DNA from: an uncultured Erysipelotrichaceae bacterium
GTDB lineage: Bacteria; Bacillota_I; Bacilli_A; Erysipelotrichales; Erysipelotrichaceae
NCBI GenBank assembly: GCA_937893225.1
Contig: CALBJM010000331.1
Coordinates: 3,346 to 67,345 of the forward strand
DNA: 64,000 nt
Direction of reading: 5' to 3'
Part shown: positions 9,873-20,064 of the stretch, piece by piece
Layout of the letters: the number at the start of each line of letters is the position of its first letter
Numbering within the stretch: the stretch's first letter is position 1
Notes under the pieces: generated by a model
Database searches by the model: none
What the model saw: only the letters and a program-made list of their open reading frames with translations
What the model was told of the DNA's origin: nothing
Made by a program: the position numbers and the translations under genes

Positions 9873-11132
9873 ATGGAAAAAGAAAAAACTGTTAAGGTTA
9901 AGTCAATTCACGCAGAGGAAGAAATTGTCGATGAATTTGACATGACCGAGATTGCGAAGAATATGGGGTGTTACACCCCGGCACCTAAACAACAAAAACA
10001 GTGTCTTGATGCAAATGATGTTCAAGGCATTGTTGACGGTGTTCTTGATGAAATGGACGGTGAAGACTTGACGGGTTTGACTGACGAAGAAGTCAGAAAA
10101 GAGTTCGATGAGCGCGTCGCCAAAAAACGTCAAGAAGAACAGAAGAAGCTGAACGAAGAAAACGGTCACATTAAAGCAAAAGCACCGAAAGGTGACAATC
10201 GATATTTGGCAAGTGATGATGTAGAAATCAATGCATTGCGTACTGCCAAATTGAAAGGTAAAGATCTTCATTGTTTGAAGATTGAACGTGATTGCCCTCG
10301 CAATATTGTTTTGGATACGTTGCGGGCGATGTGTCTCGAAGTAGAAGCTATTACGAAATGTAAAAAGGTTTCTGACTTCAGCGAATTTCCGTGTTTCCTT
10401 TCTGTTAAGGATTGGAACAACGACATTCAAGAACTTTCCGATGATGAATATTGGGAAATTGACTTGAAAGAACCGTATGATTTAACGGAGGAAACGAAAG
10501 GGCAGATTGATGACGATTTGTATCCGTTAATCAATCAAGCAGTTCATTGTTTTTCATTTTATCGTAAAAAATCAAATTTCACTGAAGAAGATGGAATTTG
10601 GTTGGAAAAAAGTGAAGACGGTGAATGGCAACCGACTTTTACATATGCCGCGAGTGTAAATAAAGCTATCCGTGAAGTTATGCCTGAAAATGTTGACAAA
10701 CTCTTCGGGTTTAACATAATGAATATGTTTTCCAAGAAGTCGATGGAAGCGATGAAGAAACGTGAAGCGACTTTCAATGAAGGCGAACGGAAAACTGTCG
10801 ATAGCTTTATCAAAAGCTTGCAGAAACATTTAAGCAATGTAAAACCGGAAGACTTGATTAAAGATGTCAAGAAAAGTCTTTGCGATGTTCCTAAAATCAT
10901 TTGGAACACTGTTGGTCTTGACATCGATGAAGACGAACGGCATCAGATGATGTTCATTGCATATATGATGAACAAATGTTCTGAAACGTTTGCAAACATG
11001 GAAATCACTAAATTGGTTAAAACCAAAAGTGGTGATAAAGATGTTGATGAAGGGTTTAAAGCATTCTTTGAAACCTTTAACATTGGTAAAATGGTGAAGA
11101 AGGCAAACAAGAATGATCAGAATAAAATTTAA
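9873..11132 (+). CDS. hypothetical acidic protein
   Basis: GGAGG SD before ATG 9873, 419 aa. Confidence 0.75.
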   Translation: MEKEKTVKVKSIHAEEEIVDEFDMTEIAKNMGCYTPAPKQQKQCLDANDVQGIVDGVLDEMDGEDLTGLTDEEVRKEFDERVAKKRQEEQKKLNEENGHIKAKAPKGDNRYLASDDVEINALRTAKLKGKDLHCLKIERDCPRNIVLDTLRAMCLEVEAITKCKKVSDFSEFPCFLSVKDWNNDIQELSDDEYWEIDLKEPYDLTEETKGQIDDDLYPLINQAVHCFSFYRKKSNFTEEDGIWLEKSEDGEWQPTFTYAASVNKAIREVMPENVDKLFGFNIMNMFSKKSMEAMKKREATFNEGERKTVDSFIKSLQKHLSNVKPEDLIKDVKKSLCDVPKIIWNTVGLDIDEDERHQMMFIAYMMNKCSETFANMEITKLVKTKSGDKDVDEGFKAFFETFNIGKMVKKANKNDQNKI

Positions 11133-11268
11133 ACCTAAAAACATCATCTACCGTATCTTTGTAGACGACCCTGATATGGCAGTCAAGGTCGCCTACACTG
11201 TTTTGGAATGTCGAAAAGATGACATTCAAGTTTTAACATTCAAAAAGAAAGGTACTGATTACGACTGA
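11113..11268 (+). CDS. small hypothetical protein (51 aa, not in ORF track)
   Basis: fills the gap between flanking genes. Confidence 0.4.
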   Translation: MIRIKFKPKNIIYRIFVDDPDMAVKVAYTVLECRKDDIQVLTFKKKGTDYD

Positions 11269-11292
11269 CCTTTCTTTGAAAGGAAGAGTAAA

Positions 11293-11658
11293 ATGAAAGC
11301 TGAAACAAAACTTCTCAAACTCGTTGAGAAAGTCAACGAAGCAAAAGAAAACAAACGGAAAGCTGAAGATGACATTAAGAAAGCTGAAGAAGCTATCATT
11401 CGAATTATGGGTGATGTTCCGAAGACTTCCGTTGAAAAGAATGGTGTCGCCTATACGATCACTATTGGTGACAATGTTCGTTATGCTTTGGTTGAAGAAG
11501 GAAAACGGAAAATGATTAACGATGTTCCGTTTGAATCAAATCTTTGGAAGAAGACGCCTGATATCGGTGAATGTCTGAACAATGAAGAAATGAAAGGTTT
11601 CGTGATTCAGAAAGAATTCACACCGAAAGTGATTATCAAGTCTTCGAAAGTCAACTAG
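11293..11658 (+). CDS. hypothetical protein (N-terminal coiled coil)
   Basis: 121 aa, SD present. Confidence 0.7.
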   Translation: MKAETKLLKLVEKVNEAKENKRKAEDDIKKAEEAIIRIMGDVPKTSVEKNGVAYTITIGDNVRYALVEEGKRKMINDVPFESNLWKKTPDIGECLNNEEMKGFVIQKEFTPKVIIKSSKVN

Positions 11659-11669
11659 AAATAAATCTG

Positions 11670-11716
11670 TTGACAAACACCTGAAAACCGTATAGATATG
11701 ATATCTATACGGTTTT
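11670..11716 (+). promoter_or_regulatory. promoter overlapped by perfect 16-1-16 bp palindrome
   Basis: TTGACA 11670; AAAACCGTATAGATAT-G-ATATCTATACGGTTTT 11684-11716. Confidence 0.6.
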
Positions 11717-11750
11717 GTTATGCAACCCAATTATTGTAGGAGTAAAAACT

Positions 11751-13058
11751 ATGGGTATGTCTTTTAAAGAATCGTTGAAAGCTATCGACACAATTCGTGC
11801 TTGCACTATTAACAATGGTGCTTCGATTGTTCCGTTGCTTTTAGGTGAAACTGGTATCGGCAAAACCGAACTGGTTCGTGAATACTGCCAAGAAAACGGT
11901 CTGACGTTGATTACAATTCATGTATCGCAGATTGAACCGTCTGACTTGACTGGTTTGTTCAAAATCAACCGTTACGGCAAGACGGACAACTGTTCCCCTT
12001 CGTGGTTGCCGTGGTTGTCTGAAGCTGAATTCGAAGCAATCAAGAAGAGTGGTGCGATTGAGGTTGAGGAACTGAACGTCTTGAAAGACGGTGTTATCAA
12101 CCCGAATGGTGGCATCGTCTTTCTTGATGAAGTCAATCGTGGTCACGAAGATATTCGACAGTCGTTGTATCAGTTGATTAACGAACGTCGTATGCATACG
12201 TTTACCTTGCCGAACAATTATACGATTGTTGCGGCAGCGAACCCGTCAAACGGTTATGAAACGTATGATTTTGATAGAGCGTTGGTCAACCGTTTTGCAT
12301 GGATTGATTTTCAACCGCAAGCGAAAGAGTCTGTCGAATACTTGTCTGATAAATATTCGACATCGCCTGTCGTTCAGTGGTTGAAACACAATGACGAAAT
12401 GATCGAACTGTATGCTGTTGATAAGCACGGCAATGCAGTATCGAATGATATGGACGATCAGAAAACAATGTCGCCTCGTATCATTGAGCAAGGTATTATC
12501 TTGCTGGAAGAAATGCATCGTCGTCATTATCCGCAGAAACTGAAAAATCAGATTTTGCGTTCGATTTGGAAGAAAGATGCGGTTGAAGCGTATTTGTCTT
12601 TCGATGAAGAAGCTGAAAATGCTATTGAATTGAAAGACATCTTTACCGGAAATTGGCACACACCTGTCAAGAAGTATGTTGAACAACAGAAACTTGATTT
12701 GTTGTCGGTCATTGTTTCTCGTATGGCACGGTTCTTCGTTGACTATGAGTTTGCGACACCACGTACCAATGAAGAAACAAAAATGGTGGAAAACGTTGTC
12801 GAATTCTACCACAATGTTCCAGAAGAGTTGTGTGTGACGTTCTTGTCGTCTTGCACTAATAAATACTTTGAACTGAAAGACGGTCGCAAGTATTTTGGTA
12901 AAAATTGCAAGGACGGGAAGTTGATTGTCAACGAACATCATCTGTGCATGCAACCTGAATTTCGTGGCGGCAAAACTGAATACGCCAAGAATGAAATTGG
13001 TTCGGTTTTGAAGAGTGCCAAGAATTTGGGTGTTCTGGCGAACGGAAGCAAAAAGTAA
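11751..13058 (+). CDS. MoxR-like AAA+ ATPase
   Basis: Walker A GETGIGKT, Walker B VFLDEVNR, sensor AAANP, Arg finger DRALVNRF. Confidence 0.9.
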   Translation: MGMSFKESLKAIDTIRACTINNGASIVPLLLGETGIGKTELVREYCQENGLTLITIHVSQIEPSDLTGLFKINRYGKTDNCSPSWLPWLSEAEFEAIKKSGAIEVEELNVLKDGVINPNGGIVFLDEVNRGHEDIRQSLYQLINERRMHTFTLPNNYTIVAAANPSNGYETYDFDRALVNRFAWIDFQPQAKESVEYLSDKYSTSPVVQWLKHNDEMIELYAVDKHGNAVSNDMDDQKTMSPRIIEQGIILLEEMHRRHYPQKLKNQILRSIWKKDAVEAYLSFDEEAENAIELKDIFTGNWHTPVKKYVEQQKLDLLSVIVSRMARFFVDYEFATPRTNEETKMVENVVEFYHNVPEELCVTFLSSCTNKYFELKDGRKYFGKNCKDGKLIVNEHHLCMQPEFRGGKTEYAKNEIGSVLKSAKNLGVLANGSKK

Positions 13059-13119
13059 ATCAAGATGCACGGGGGTTGAAACATACCCCCGTCATTAACT
13101 TTAATTAAAGGAGTGTACA

Positions 13120-14412
13120 ATGACAACACATACCATTGACGAATTGATTGCCGCTACATTTTCCGCAGTGGATATGGACGGTAAAACAAATTCGTATTAT
13201 GCGCTTGTTTTGAGCAAATGCAAGAAATACGCAAGTAAAGAAGTTCCGACAATGGGTGTTGCGTTTGATCAGCGTGGCAAACTGGTTTTGTTGTGGAATC
13301 CTGATTTTCTTCGAAGATTAACTGACGGTGAAGCGATTGCCGTCTTAAAACATGAAGCAATGCATATCTTCTTTAAGCATCTTGCACGGTTTCAGACGAA
13401 GAAAAATCATACGCGGGTTAACATCGCAACCGATATGGCTATCAATCAATATTTGAGAGGATTGCCGGAAGGTTGTCAATTACCTGAAACATACAAACTT
13501 CCGAGAGGTTTGTCAGCTGATGCGTATCTGAAAGCATTGGAAGAACAAAACATTGCTGATGATAAGAAGATGTCTTGTGGTGGCATGGGTCAAGGTAACG
13601 GTGATCAATCACAAAAAGGTAGTGGTAACGATCAAGGTGAAGATGGTCAAGGCGGAGATCAAGACGGAAGCAGTGCCGGAACTGACAATCACGAAACATG
13701 GGACAAAGTCGTTGATGACAATGGCAAAATCATTGGCGATACTGAAAGCGAGGGGGTTGACACACAATCAACACTGGATAGGATTTCACGTGCAGTTGCT
13801 CAACGAATGAAAGAACAAGGTGATACACCCGCATGGGCAACGGCGGTTGTTGAAAATATGGACAAAAAATCAACACACAACTGGAAAAACGAATTGCGTG
13901 TGTTGGTTAATTCTGTATTATCAACAGACAAACGACGGTCACAGAAACATATTGATAGACGTTTGGCTTGCATTACTGATGAATTTCTTTTCCCCGGTAA
14001 AAAGAAAGATAGAAAACCGTCAGTCTTGCTGGTTCGTGATACGTCAGGATCAATGTTTTGTGCGGAGACACAGGCAGCAGTTCTGACAGAAATGGTTGCA
14101 ATCAGTCGTCGTGCTGAAGTTTTGGTATGCGATTGTGATACAGTCATCCATCAAGTATATAAAGTTCGTAAACCTTCGGACTTTAAAGAATACAAAGGTG
14201 GTGGCGGAACATCGTTTGTTGAACCTTTTGCAGAAGCTAAAAAGCGTAATGTCGATGCAGTTATCTACTTGACAGACTTGTACGGTGAATTTCCTGATCC
14301 GAGAAATATCGGAAAGTATGCGAGAAACACTGTATGGGTAACGGTAGAAAGGGATGCTGATAGAAGTGACCCGCCGTTTGGCAAGGTTGTTCGCATTCAA
14401 GATGAACAATAA
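13120..14412 (+). CDS. metallopeptidase-like N-domain plus vWA domain protein (DUF2201-like)
   Basis: HEAMH, NIATDMAINQ, MIDAS DTSGSM, GGGGT, YLTD; typical partner of the upstream AAA ATPase. Confidence 0.88.
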   Translation: MTTHTIDELIAATFSAVDMDGKTNSYYALVLSKCKKYASKEVPTMGVAFDQRGKLVLLWNPDFLRRLTDGEAIAVLKHEAMHIFFKHLARFQTKKNHTRVNIATDMAINQYLRGLPEGCQLPETYKLPRGLSADAYLKALEEQNIADDKKMSCGGMGQGNGDQSQKGSGNDQGEDGQGGDQDGSSAGTDNHETWDKVVDDNGKIIGDTESEGVDTQSTLDRISRAVAQRMKEQGDTPAWATAVVENMDKKSTHNWKNELRVLVNSVLSTDKRRSQKHIDRRLACITDEFLFPGKKKDRKPSVLLVRDTSGSMFCAETQAAVLTEMVAISRRAEVLVCDCDTVIHQVYKVRKPSDFKEYKGGGGTSFVEPFAEAKKRNVDAVIYLTDLYGEFPDPRNIGKYARNTVWVTVERDADRSDPPFGKVVRIQDEQ

Positions 14413-14418
14413 ACAATA

Positions 14419-14452
14419 AAGGAAGGGGTGATAAATCCCTTCCTTCTTTTTT
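14419..14452 (+). terminator. intrinsic terminator
   Basis: AAGGAAGGG/CCCTTCCTT stem plus T-run. Confidence 0.7.
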
Positions 14453-14467
14453 AAGGAGATTAAAACA

Positions 14468-15007
14468 ATGACGGAAAATGCGGAAAATGTTGAAAACGAA
14501 GTCAAACCTATTGTAGGTCATTGCTTAATCAATGGGTTTAGTTATGCATTACCTATCAATGAACATATCATTATCGAAAGGTGCGCTCGTGACGAAAAGT
14601 ACATCAATGAAAGAATGGCTGAATGTGAACCCGCCGAAAACCCCGCAAAGATAGTCGTCGGGTTAAGTCAATTCTTTAACACTGATAAACGAACGCAATT
14701 GTTTAGCATAGAGGATCCTGAAGATAACAGCAAGAAAATCTTAATCATTCGGTTGAATGGTGATTTTGCTGTTTTCGTTTATCCTGATTTTGAATGTACA
14801 GTTGCAGGTAATGCTTCAATGAAATCCAAATACAATTCATTTGTATTTGATAAATACCTGAAATATGGCGCGGGGCGCAAGGGTGAAAAGTTTACAGTCA
14901 CACTTAAAAAGAGTGACAGGTTTTACGGCACTATCAAAGAATACTTCACACAGTATGGGTGTTGTTTTGATATGAATGTTGGAGAGTTTCTTATGGAGAT
15001 GCTTTAA
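14468..15007 (+). CDS. hypothetical protein with C-terminal tag
   Basis: ends NVGEFLMEML. Confidence 0.7.
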   Translation: MTENAENVENEVKPIVGHCLINGFSYALPINEHIIIERCARDEKYINERMAECEPAENPAKIVVGLSQFFNTDKRTQLFSIEDPEDNSKKILIIRLNGDFAVFVYPDFECTVAGNASMKSKYNSFVFDKYLKYGAGRKGEKFTVTLKKSDRFYGTIKEYFTQYGCCFDMNVGEFLMEML

Positions 15008-15018
15008 CGGAGGTCGCA

Positions 15019-15708
15019 ATGTTAACAGAAGAACAAATTAAAAAGTTTGATGGCTTGCAAGCATATGTGTCGTGTGAATGCGATTATGAGCAAGCACAAT
15101 TCGACTTTGAGGATTTGGTTGAGAAAGTCGACAATAATTGTTACATCCTTAAATCCTCATCTTATATATTCGATGGTGATGATTTTTACTTGCAAGATAT
15201 TGTAGATATACCCAAGCTTGCAAGAGAGTCGTATTCAACCTTGCGTGATATCTTTTTAGTTGCAACTGGTTGTGAAATGACAAAAGAGGATTACAACAGT
15301 GATTTTTCTGGTACATTTCAAGACCTTTTAAATCAGTTGCGATTCACCCAAGAATCAATCGAAGCATTGCAACCGTATTTCAAGATACCTGTGGAATGCT
15401 ACGAAACGAAAGGTTGTGGTCAAGGTGATTATGCATTTGTCCTTTTGTTTGACGACGATGTAAGTGACAAAAAACGAAATGCAGAGATGCATAAATCTAT
15501 TAACCATTTGTTTTGGGACGCGCCAATCTTTTGCCGATTGGTATTTGGTGACGGCACAGATTTTGTTGCGGAAGTTGAGGACAGATATGAATACGATAAA
15601 GATACATATTGGAAAAACTTCATCGAACAACTTGCATCTGAAATACCTGATGTAGAAGCTTTCGGAGAGTATCTTTTAGATTTGATGCCTGATGAACCGT
15701 CAAGTTGA
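15019..15708 (+). CDS. hypothetical acidic phage protein
   Basis: GGAGG SD; GCGQGDY motif. Confidence 0.7.
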   Translation: MLTEEQIKKFDGLQAYVSCECDYEQAQFDFEDLVEKVDNNCYILKSSSYIFDGDDFYLQDIVDIPKLARESYSTLRDIFLVATGCEMTKEDYNSDFSGTFQDLLNQLRFTQESIEALQPYFKIPVECYETKGCGQGDYAFVLLFDDDVSDKKRNAEMHKSINHLFWDAPIFCRLVFGDGTDFVAEVEDRYEYDKDTYWKNFIEQLASEIPDVEAFGEYLLDLMPDEPSS

Positions 15709-15720
15709 GGAGTAAAGACA

Positions 15721-16326
15721 ATGAAAGAAATCACAGTCAAAACGTTTGCTGAACTGAAAGAAGCTTTTAAAGACGAAGAAAGAAACTTGACGATTGCCTT
15801 TAAGAACAATCGTATTACAAAGTTTCCGAAGATGAATATCGAACGTGACAAAGGTGTTGTCATATTGAAGTTATACACACCTAAATTAACAACATTGAAA
15901 AATGTTCCGATGCCGTCACGATTTATGAATTGGCTTGATGTTGAAGAAGCCAGTTTAACAAAACTTGAAAATGCAAGTGAGTGCAATATAACAAACCCGT
16001 GTGTATGTTATTTGCCTTGCTTAAAGTTCGATAGCATCACTGTCACAAAAGAAAACACTTGTCAATCTGGTTTTATACGGTTGGCATTGGCGTGGCAACA
16101 GTTTATGCGAAACGATGTACAGAACATCTTTAATGTGTTCAGTACAACAATTGTTCCGAGAGCTTGTGTACCTGAAATGGTATGCAATAATGTTGATGAC
16201 TTAAATTTGCCGGAAGTTTTGAGAGATGTTGTTAAATCAACGGATATGTTGACAACAGTGGAAATCAATCTGGCAAGAAAGGTTATGGAAACTGAAATCG
16301 GGAATTTGACATTTTCATCTATATGA
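15721..16326 (+). CDS. hypothetical protein with C-terminal tag
   Basis: ends EIGNLTFSSI. Confidence 0.7.
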   Translation: MKEITVKTFAELKEAFKDEERNLTIAFKNNRITKFPKMNIERDKGVVILKLYTPKLTTLKNVPMPSRFMNWLDVEEASLTKLENASECNITNPCVCYLPCLKFDSITVTKENTCQSGFIRLALAWQQFMRNDVQNIFNVFSTTIVPRACVPEMVCNNVDDLNLPEVLRDVVKSTDMLTTVEINLARKVMETEIGNLTFSSI

Positions 16327-16334
16327 GGTGAACA

Positions 16335-16940
16335 ATGAAAGAATATCGAAGCAGAGAGATCAAGATGTTTGTCGAAAGCGATTGTGAAGAATTCGACGAC
16401 ATTGATGTTGATTATTCACAGTACTATGAAACGGTTGATTTGCAAGATTTACCGTATGCTGAAAACAGACTGTCAGCAAGGGTAGATTCGGTCAAAGGAT
16501 TAAAGGTACGGGATTCTATTGATTGTATAGATTTCATTACCAATGGCTATACAATAAAAGACCTTGACGTTTTAAATTTAGGCTTCGAGATTCCGTACCT
16601 TAATTTGACAATACACTTGTCAACAAATCTTGAAAACACAAATGAACTTTTGGAAGACTTGAAGAAGTTGGCAAAGGTTCGATGTGATAAATTTATGATT
16701 GTGTTTGTTCCGACAGATGATATGACGTGGCAACAGCAAAGAGATGCCTTGTTATATATTTTGCCGAGAGTGACATTGCCAATCGTTGAAGATTTGTGTC
16801 AAGTGAATACGGGTTCGAATCGTTTATCATACTTTACTGAAAAGGAAAAAGATGATGACGATAAGAAGCTTGACAATCTTTTCAAATGGGTGGTTGATAA
16901 AAACAGAACAGTTGGAAGCGATTGCTTGTTTGAAATATGA
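16335..16940 (+). CDS. hypothetical protein with C-terminal tag
   Basis: ends TVGSDCLFEI. Confidence 0.7.
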   Translation: MKEYRSREIKMFVESDCEEFDDIDVDYSQYYETVDLQDLPYAENRLSARVDSVKGLKVRDSIDCIDFITNGYTIKDLDVLNLGFEIPYLNLTIHLSTNLENTNELLEDLKKLAKVRCDKFMIVFVPTDDMTWQQQRDALLYILPRVTLPIVEDLCQVNTGSNRLSYFTEKEKDDDDKKLDNLFKWVVDKNRTVGSDCLFEI

Positions 16941-16943
16941 AAG

Positions 16944-17405
16944 GTGGTGATAGGTATGTTGCCTTTATATGGTTATGCGAGTGAAGTCGAACGATTGTAT
17001 AAAAGAACATATCTGAAAATATACAATCAAGATGGGTATGACATCAGTTTGGTAAAAGTTTTTGTAAACGGTGTCACGCCATATATAGACTACAAAGTCA
17101 TACAGACACCTAAACGGAACTTGCGCTGTTTAAAACAATTCAAAACTTGTGAAGAAGGTTTGGATGCAGTGCTTGAAATGAATCCGTTCAGTAAGGATGT
17201 ATGGTTAACTAAAATTGGTGGAAGGTATGCATTGTATATAAAGAAAGCTAAAATAATCAATACATACACAAAACCTTTTTGGACACCTGTTATCAATGAG
17301 TCGTTTTTGGAATTTATCGAACAGTGGAAAGGAACTATATCATCAGCGTTCGAACATTACAAAAACGTTAACAACGATGGTCAAGGATTGCTTGACACAA
17401 TTTAA
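16944..17405 (+). CDS. hypothetical protein with C-terminal tag
   Basis: ends NDGQGLLDTI. Confidence 0.7.
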   Translation: MVIGMLPLYGYASEVERLYKRTYLKIYNQDGYDISLVKVFVNGVTPYIDYKVIQTPKRNLRCLKQFKTCEEGLDAVLEMNPFSKDVWLTKIGGRYALYIKKAKIINTYTKPFWTPVINESFLEFIEQWKGTISSAFEHYKNVNNDGQGLLDTI

Positions 17406-17416
17406 GGAGAAAGACA

Positions 17417-17692
17417 ATGAAAAAAGAATTTGGTTTTGGTTTTTTGCCTGATTGGGCAAGAGATTGCACGATTGAAAAAGGGTCTGGCAAATGGTGGGTT
17501 TTTACAGACAAAGACGGTGTACAGACACTGGTTTCCTATTTTACACCTATTATGCGTAGGTACGAAGATGGAACAATGGTTCGTTTTGTTGAGAGCTGTT
17601 CAATGACAACTTTTCAACACATTCGTAAGTGGTCTGGCTTGAGAGCTGATGATTTCAGAGCCTTGCCGTTAACTTCTATCGAAAACGGGTGA
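17417..17692 (+). CDS. hypothetical phage protein
   Basis: AAGGAG SD. Confidence 0.7.
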   Translation: MKKEFGFGFLPDWARDCTIEKGSGKWWVFTDKDGVQTLVSYFTPIMRRYEDGTMVRFVESCSMTTFQHIRKWSGLRADDFRALPLTSIENG

Positions 17693-17696
17693 ACAA

Positions 17697-17885
17697 ATGC
17701 CGAACGTAAGTAAAGTAAAAGAAATAACCCGTAAAGCATTAGAAATGATGCATACGGAGTTATCTGATGATGACATTGAAAGATGTGTAGATTATGCATG
17801 GACATTACACGATTTGGGGATGTCAGAACAGGAAGCAGCTATCACAGCTTGCAAGGAATTTATCTTGATTGAAAGGAGCTTTTGA
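17697..17885 (+). CDS. hypothetical protein
   Basis: 62 aa, tight packing. Confidence 0.6.
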   Translation: MPNVSKVKEITRKALEMMHTELSDDDIERCVDYAWTLHDLGMSEQEAAITACKEFILIERSF

Positions 17886-17886
17886 A

Positions 17887-18381
17887 ATGCAATTGTCACC
17901 TTTATCAGAGTCAACAAGAAAAGCAGTTGAAAATGAAATTGAGGCGGTGAAGGATATCATCGCCCTTTTTCCGCAAGTCAAAGAAGTTGTCAAGAAATAT
18001 GACGGTAAAACATTGGACACACGCACAGTCCATAAGATACAAAAAGAATTGTTGAAGGTCGATAGGCATCTTGATTTCAGCTTTTTGTATGCTCATATCA
18101 AAATTGAACATTTCGACAATTACAATGAAATCAACACGACCCATTGCATCTATTCAAAGTATCTGACAAAGTCAGAAGTCAACTTTCAATATGATGAAGA
18201 ATGCTTTAATTATGCCGAACAGTATCTTAAAAGCTATATCGAAAAATTCAACAACTATATGTTGAATGAAAAAATGTTGTTGGAATCATTGCAACAAGTC
18301 AGCGAAACATACAACGCCTTAACAAAAGAGATACCTACTGTATGCCAAAGATTGGTTGGCGTCAGAGTGGCTTCATTATAA
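17887..18381 (+). CDS. hypothetical protein
   Basis: AAGGAG SD before ATG 17887. Confidence 0.7.
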   Translation: MQLSPLSESTRKAVENEIEAVKDIIALFPQVKEVVKKYDGKTLDTRTVHKIQKELLKVDRHLDFSFLYAHIKIEHFDNYNEINTTHCIYSKYLTKSEVNFQYDEECFNYAEQYLKSYIEKFNNYMLNEKMLLESLQQVSETYNALTKEIPTVCQRLVGVRVASL

Positions 18382-18394
18382 AAGGAGATTGACA

Positions 18395-18841
18395 ATGCTT
18401 AAAGAATGTGATAAAAAAGACGCGACATTGGCATACATCATCAAGACAATGAGTGAGTATGACGGTTTGATCTTGCACGGGAAACCGACGAATGTGAACA
18501 TCATAAAAGGTAATGTTGGTTATCAGCTGACAATCAAAAAGAAAGTACCGATTACTAAAAGCTTGATTGATGCATTGGAAAAAACTGGCGATGTGGCTAC
18601 AGTCAGTTTAGAATCATTGCAAAAGACGGTAGATATGTTTAAAGCTAAATCAGAAGCTTTACAGAAAGATGTCAAATTATTGCTTGATATTCTTGACAGA
18701 TACCGTACAGCCGTTGACAGTTTCGCAGCAGAGAATTGTGAAAACATGAATGATGTGGAAGAATTTGAAGAGTTCTACAACATTAAAGTCAGCGGCAAAC
18801 TGAAAAACGAAATTCAAGCAATTGAAGATTTACGGAGGTAA
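18395..18841 (+). CDS. hypothetical protein
   Basis: AAGGAG SD before ATG 18395. Confidence 0.7.
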   Translation: MLKECDKKDATLAYIIKTMSEYDGLILHGKPTNVNIIKGNVGYQLTIKKKVPITKSLIDALEKTGDVATVSLESLQKTVDMFKAKSEALQKDVKLLLDILDRYRTAVDSFAAENCENMNDVEEFEEFYNIKVSGKLKNEIQAIEDLRR

Positions 18842-18845
18842 AGAC

Positions 18846-19967
18846 ATGAGCAACAACCAAAACATGCATAAGGCAAAAGCAGCGAAAGACGATGAATTTT
18901 ATACGCAATTGTCTGATATCGAAAAGGAGTTGGTCAAATACAAGGAACAGTTTAAAGGCAAAACTGTTTTGTGTAATTGTGATGATCCCTTTGAAAGCAA
19001 CTTCTTTAAATTCTTCGCCTTGCAGTTTAAAGAGTTGGAGTTGAAAGAGTTAATCACAACAAGCTATCGTGACAGCGCAATCAAAAAGCAAAACATCAAT
19101 ATGTTTGACAGCGGTGCCTATAAAGTCAGGATTGTTGGAGAAAGTAACAATGAAAAGGATGTTCCTAATTTTCTGAAAAGGGAACATTACAATTTAAAGG
19201 ACGTAATGAGGTGGTTGGAAGAACAAAAGAAAAGTTTTCCAAATGGAAATCTAAACGTATTTTCCCCTTTAGAAACAGGCGACTTTGCCAGTGAAGAATG
19301 TGTGAAGTTGTTGGACGAAGCAGACATTGTCGTAACAAATCCGCCATTTTCCAAATTCCGCGAGTTTGTTGCATTGCTGATGGAACATAAGAAACAGTTT
19401 CTGATTATCGGGAACAAAAATGCCATTGCATATAAAGAGGTTTTCCCGTTGATTAAGGAAAACAAGTTGTGGTTAGGGTATAATTCGCCAAAAGAATTTG
19501 TGCAACCCAATGGGACAACCAAAAAGTTTGGCAACATTTGTTGGTTCACAAACTTGCCTATTGAGAAGCGTGAAGAGTATTTGGATTTGTTTGAGGAGTA
19601 CAACCTTGACAAATACCCGATGTATGACAACTATCTTGCCATCAATGTTGACCGTGTTGCAGATATTCCTTGCAATGAATGGTTTGAAATGACGGTTAAT
19701 GAAGACCTTTACAACAAACTTAAAGCGACGTATGGTGATGATTGTGTGCTGATTGATAGTGATGATGTTAAGAAACAATATCACATTAAGGTTCGCAACA
19801 TTGTCATGGGTGTTCCTATTACGTTCCTTGACAAGTATTGCCCGAAACAGTTTGAGATTGTTGGTCTTGACAGATACGTCGAAGATAACCCTAATTTTGG
19901 GCATCGGTTTCATTTGAACAAGAAAGAAGTTTATGCACGCATTTTAATAAAACGTGTAATAAAATAA
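18846..19967 (+). CDS. adenine-specific DNA methyltransferase, EcoRI family
   Basis: AKDDEFYT, VLCNCDDP, GDF, IVVTNPPFS, MGVPITFLDKY, YARILIK. Confidence 0.9.
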   Translation: MSNNQNMHKAKAAKDDEFYTQLSDIEKELVKYKEQFKGKTVLCNCDDPFESNFFKFFALQFKELELKELITTSYRDSAIKKQNINMFDSGAYKVRIVGESNNEKDVPNFLKREHYNLKDVMRWLEEQKKSFPNGNLNVFSPLETGDFASEECVKLLDEADIVVTNPPFSKFREFVALLMEHKKQFLIIGNKNAIAYKEVFPLIKENKLWLGYNSPKEFVQPNGTTKKFGNICWFTNLPIEKREEYLDLFEEYNLDKYPMYDNYLAINVDRVADIPCNEWFEMTVNEDLYNKLKATYGDDCVLIDSDDVKKQYHIKVRNIVMGVPITFLDKYCPKQFEIVGLDRYVEDNPNFGHRFHLNKKEVYARILIKRVIK

Positions 19968-19981
19968 ACCTTAACAGATAG

Positions 19982-20011
19982 AAGCGATATCATTCATTTG
20001 GTATCGCTTTT
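19982..20011 (+). terminator. hairpin/terminator between MTase and nuclease
   Basis: AAGCGATA/TATCGCTT stem plus T-run. Confidence 0.55.
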
Positions 20012-20064
20012 ATTTTATCAAACATCCAATCAGTTGTCAACATCTAAATGAAAGGGAGAAAGAG

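Noticed and set aside
12990..13058. EIGSVL in the AAA ATPase as a tag copy
   Set aside because: Not terminal, and the G-to-L spacing differs.
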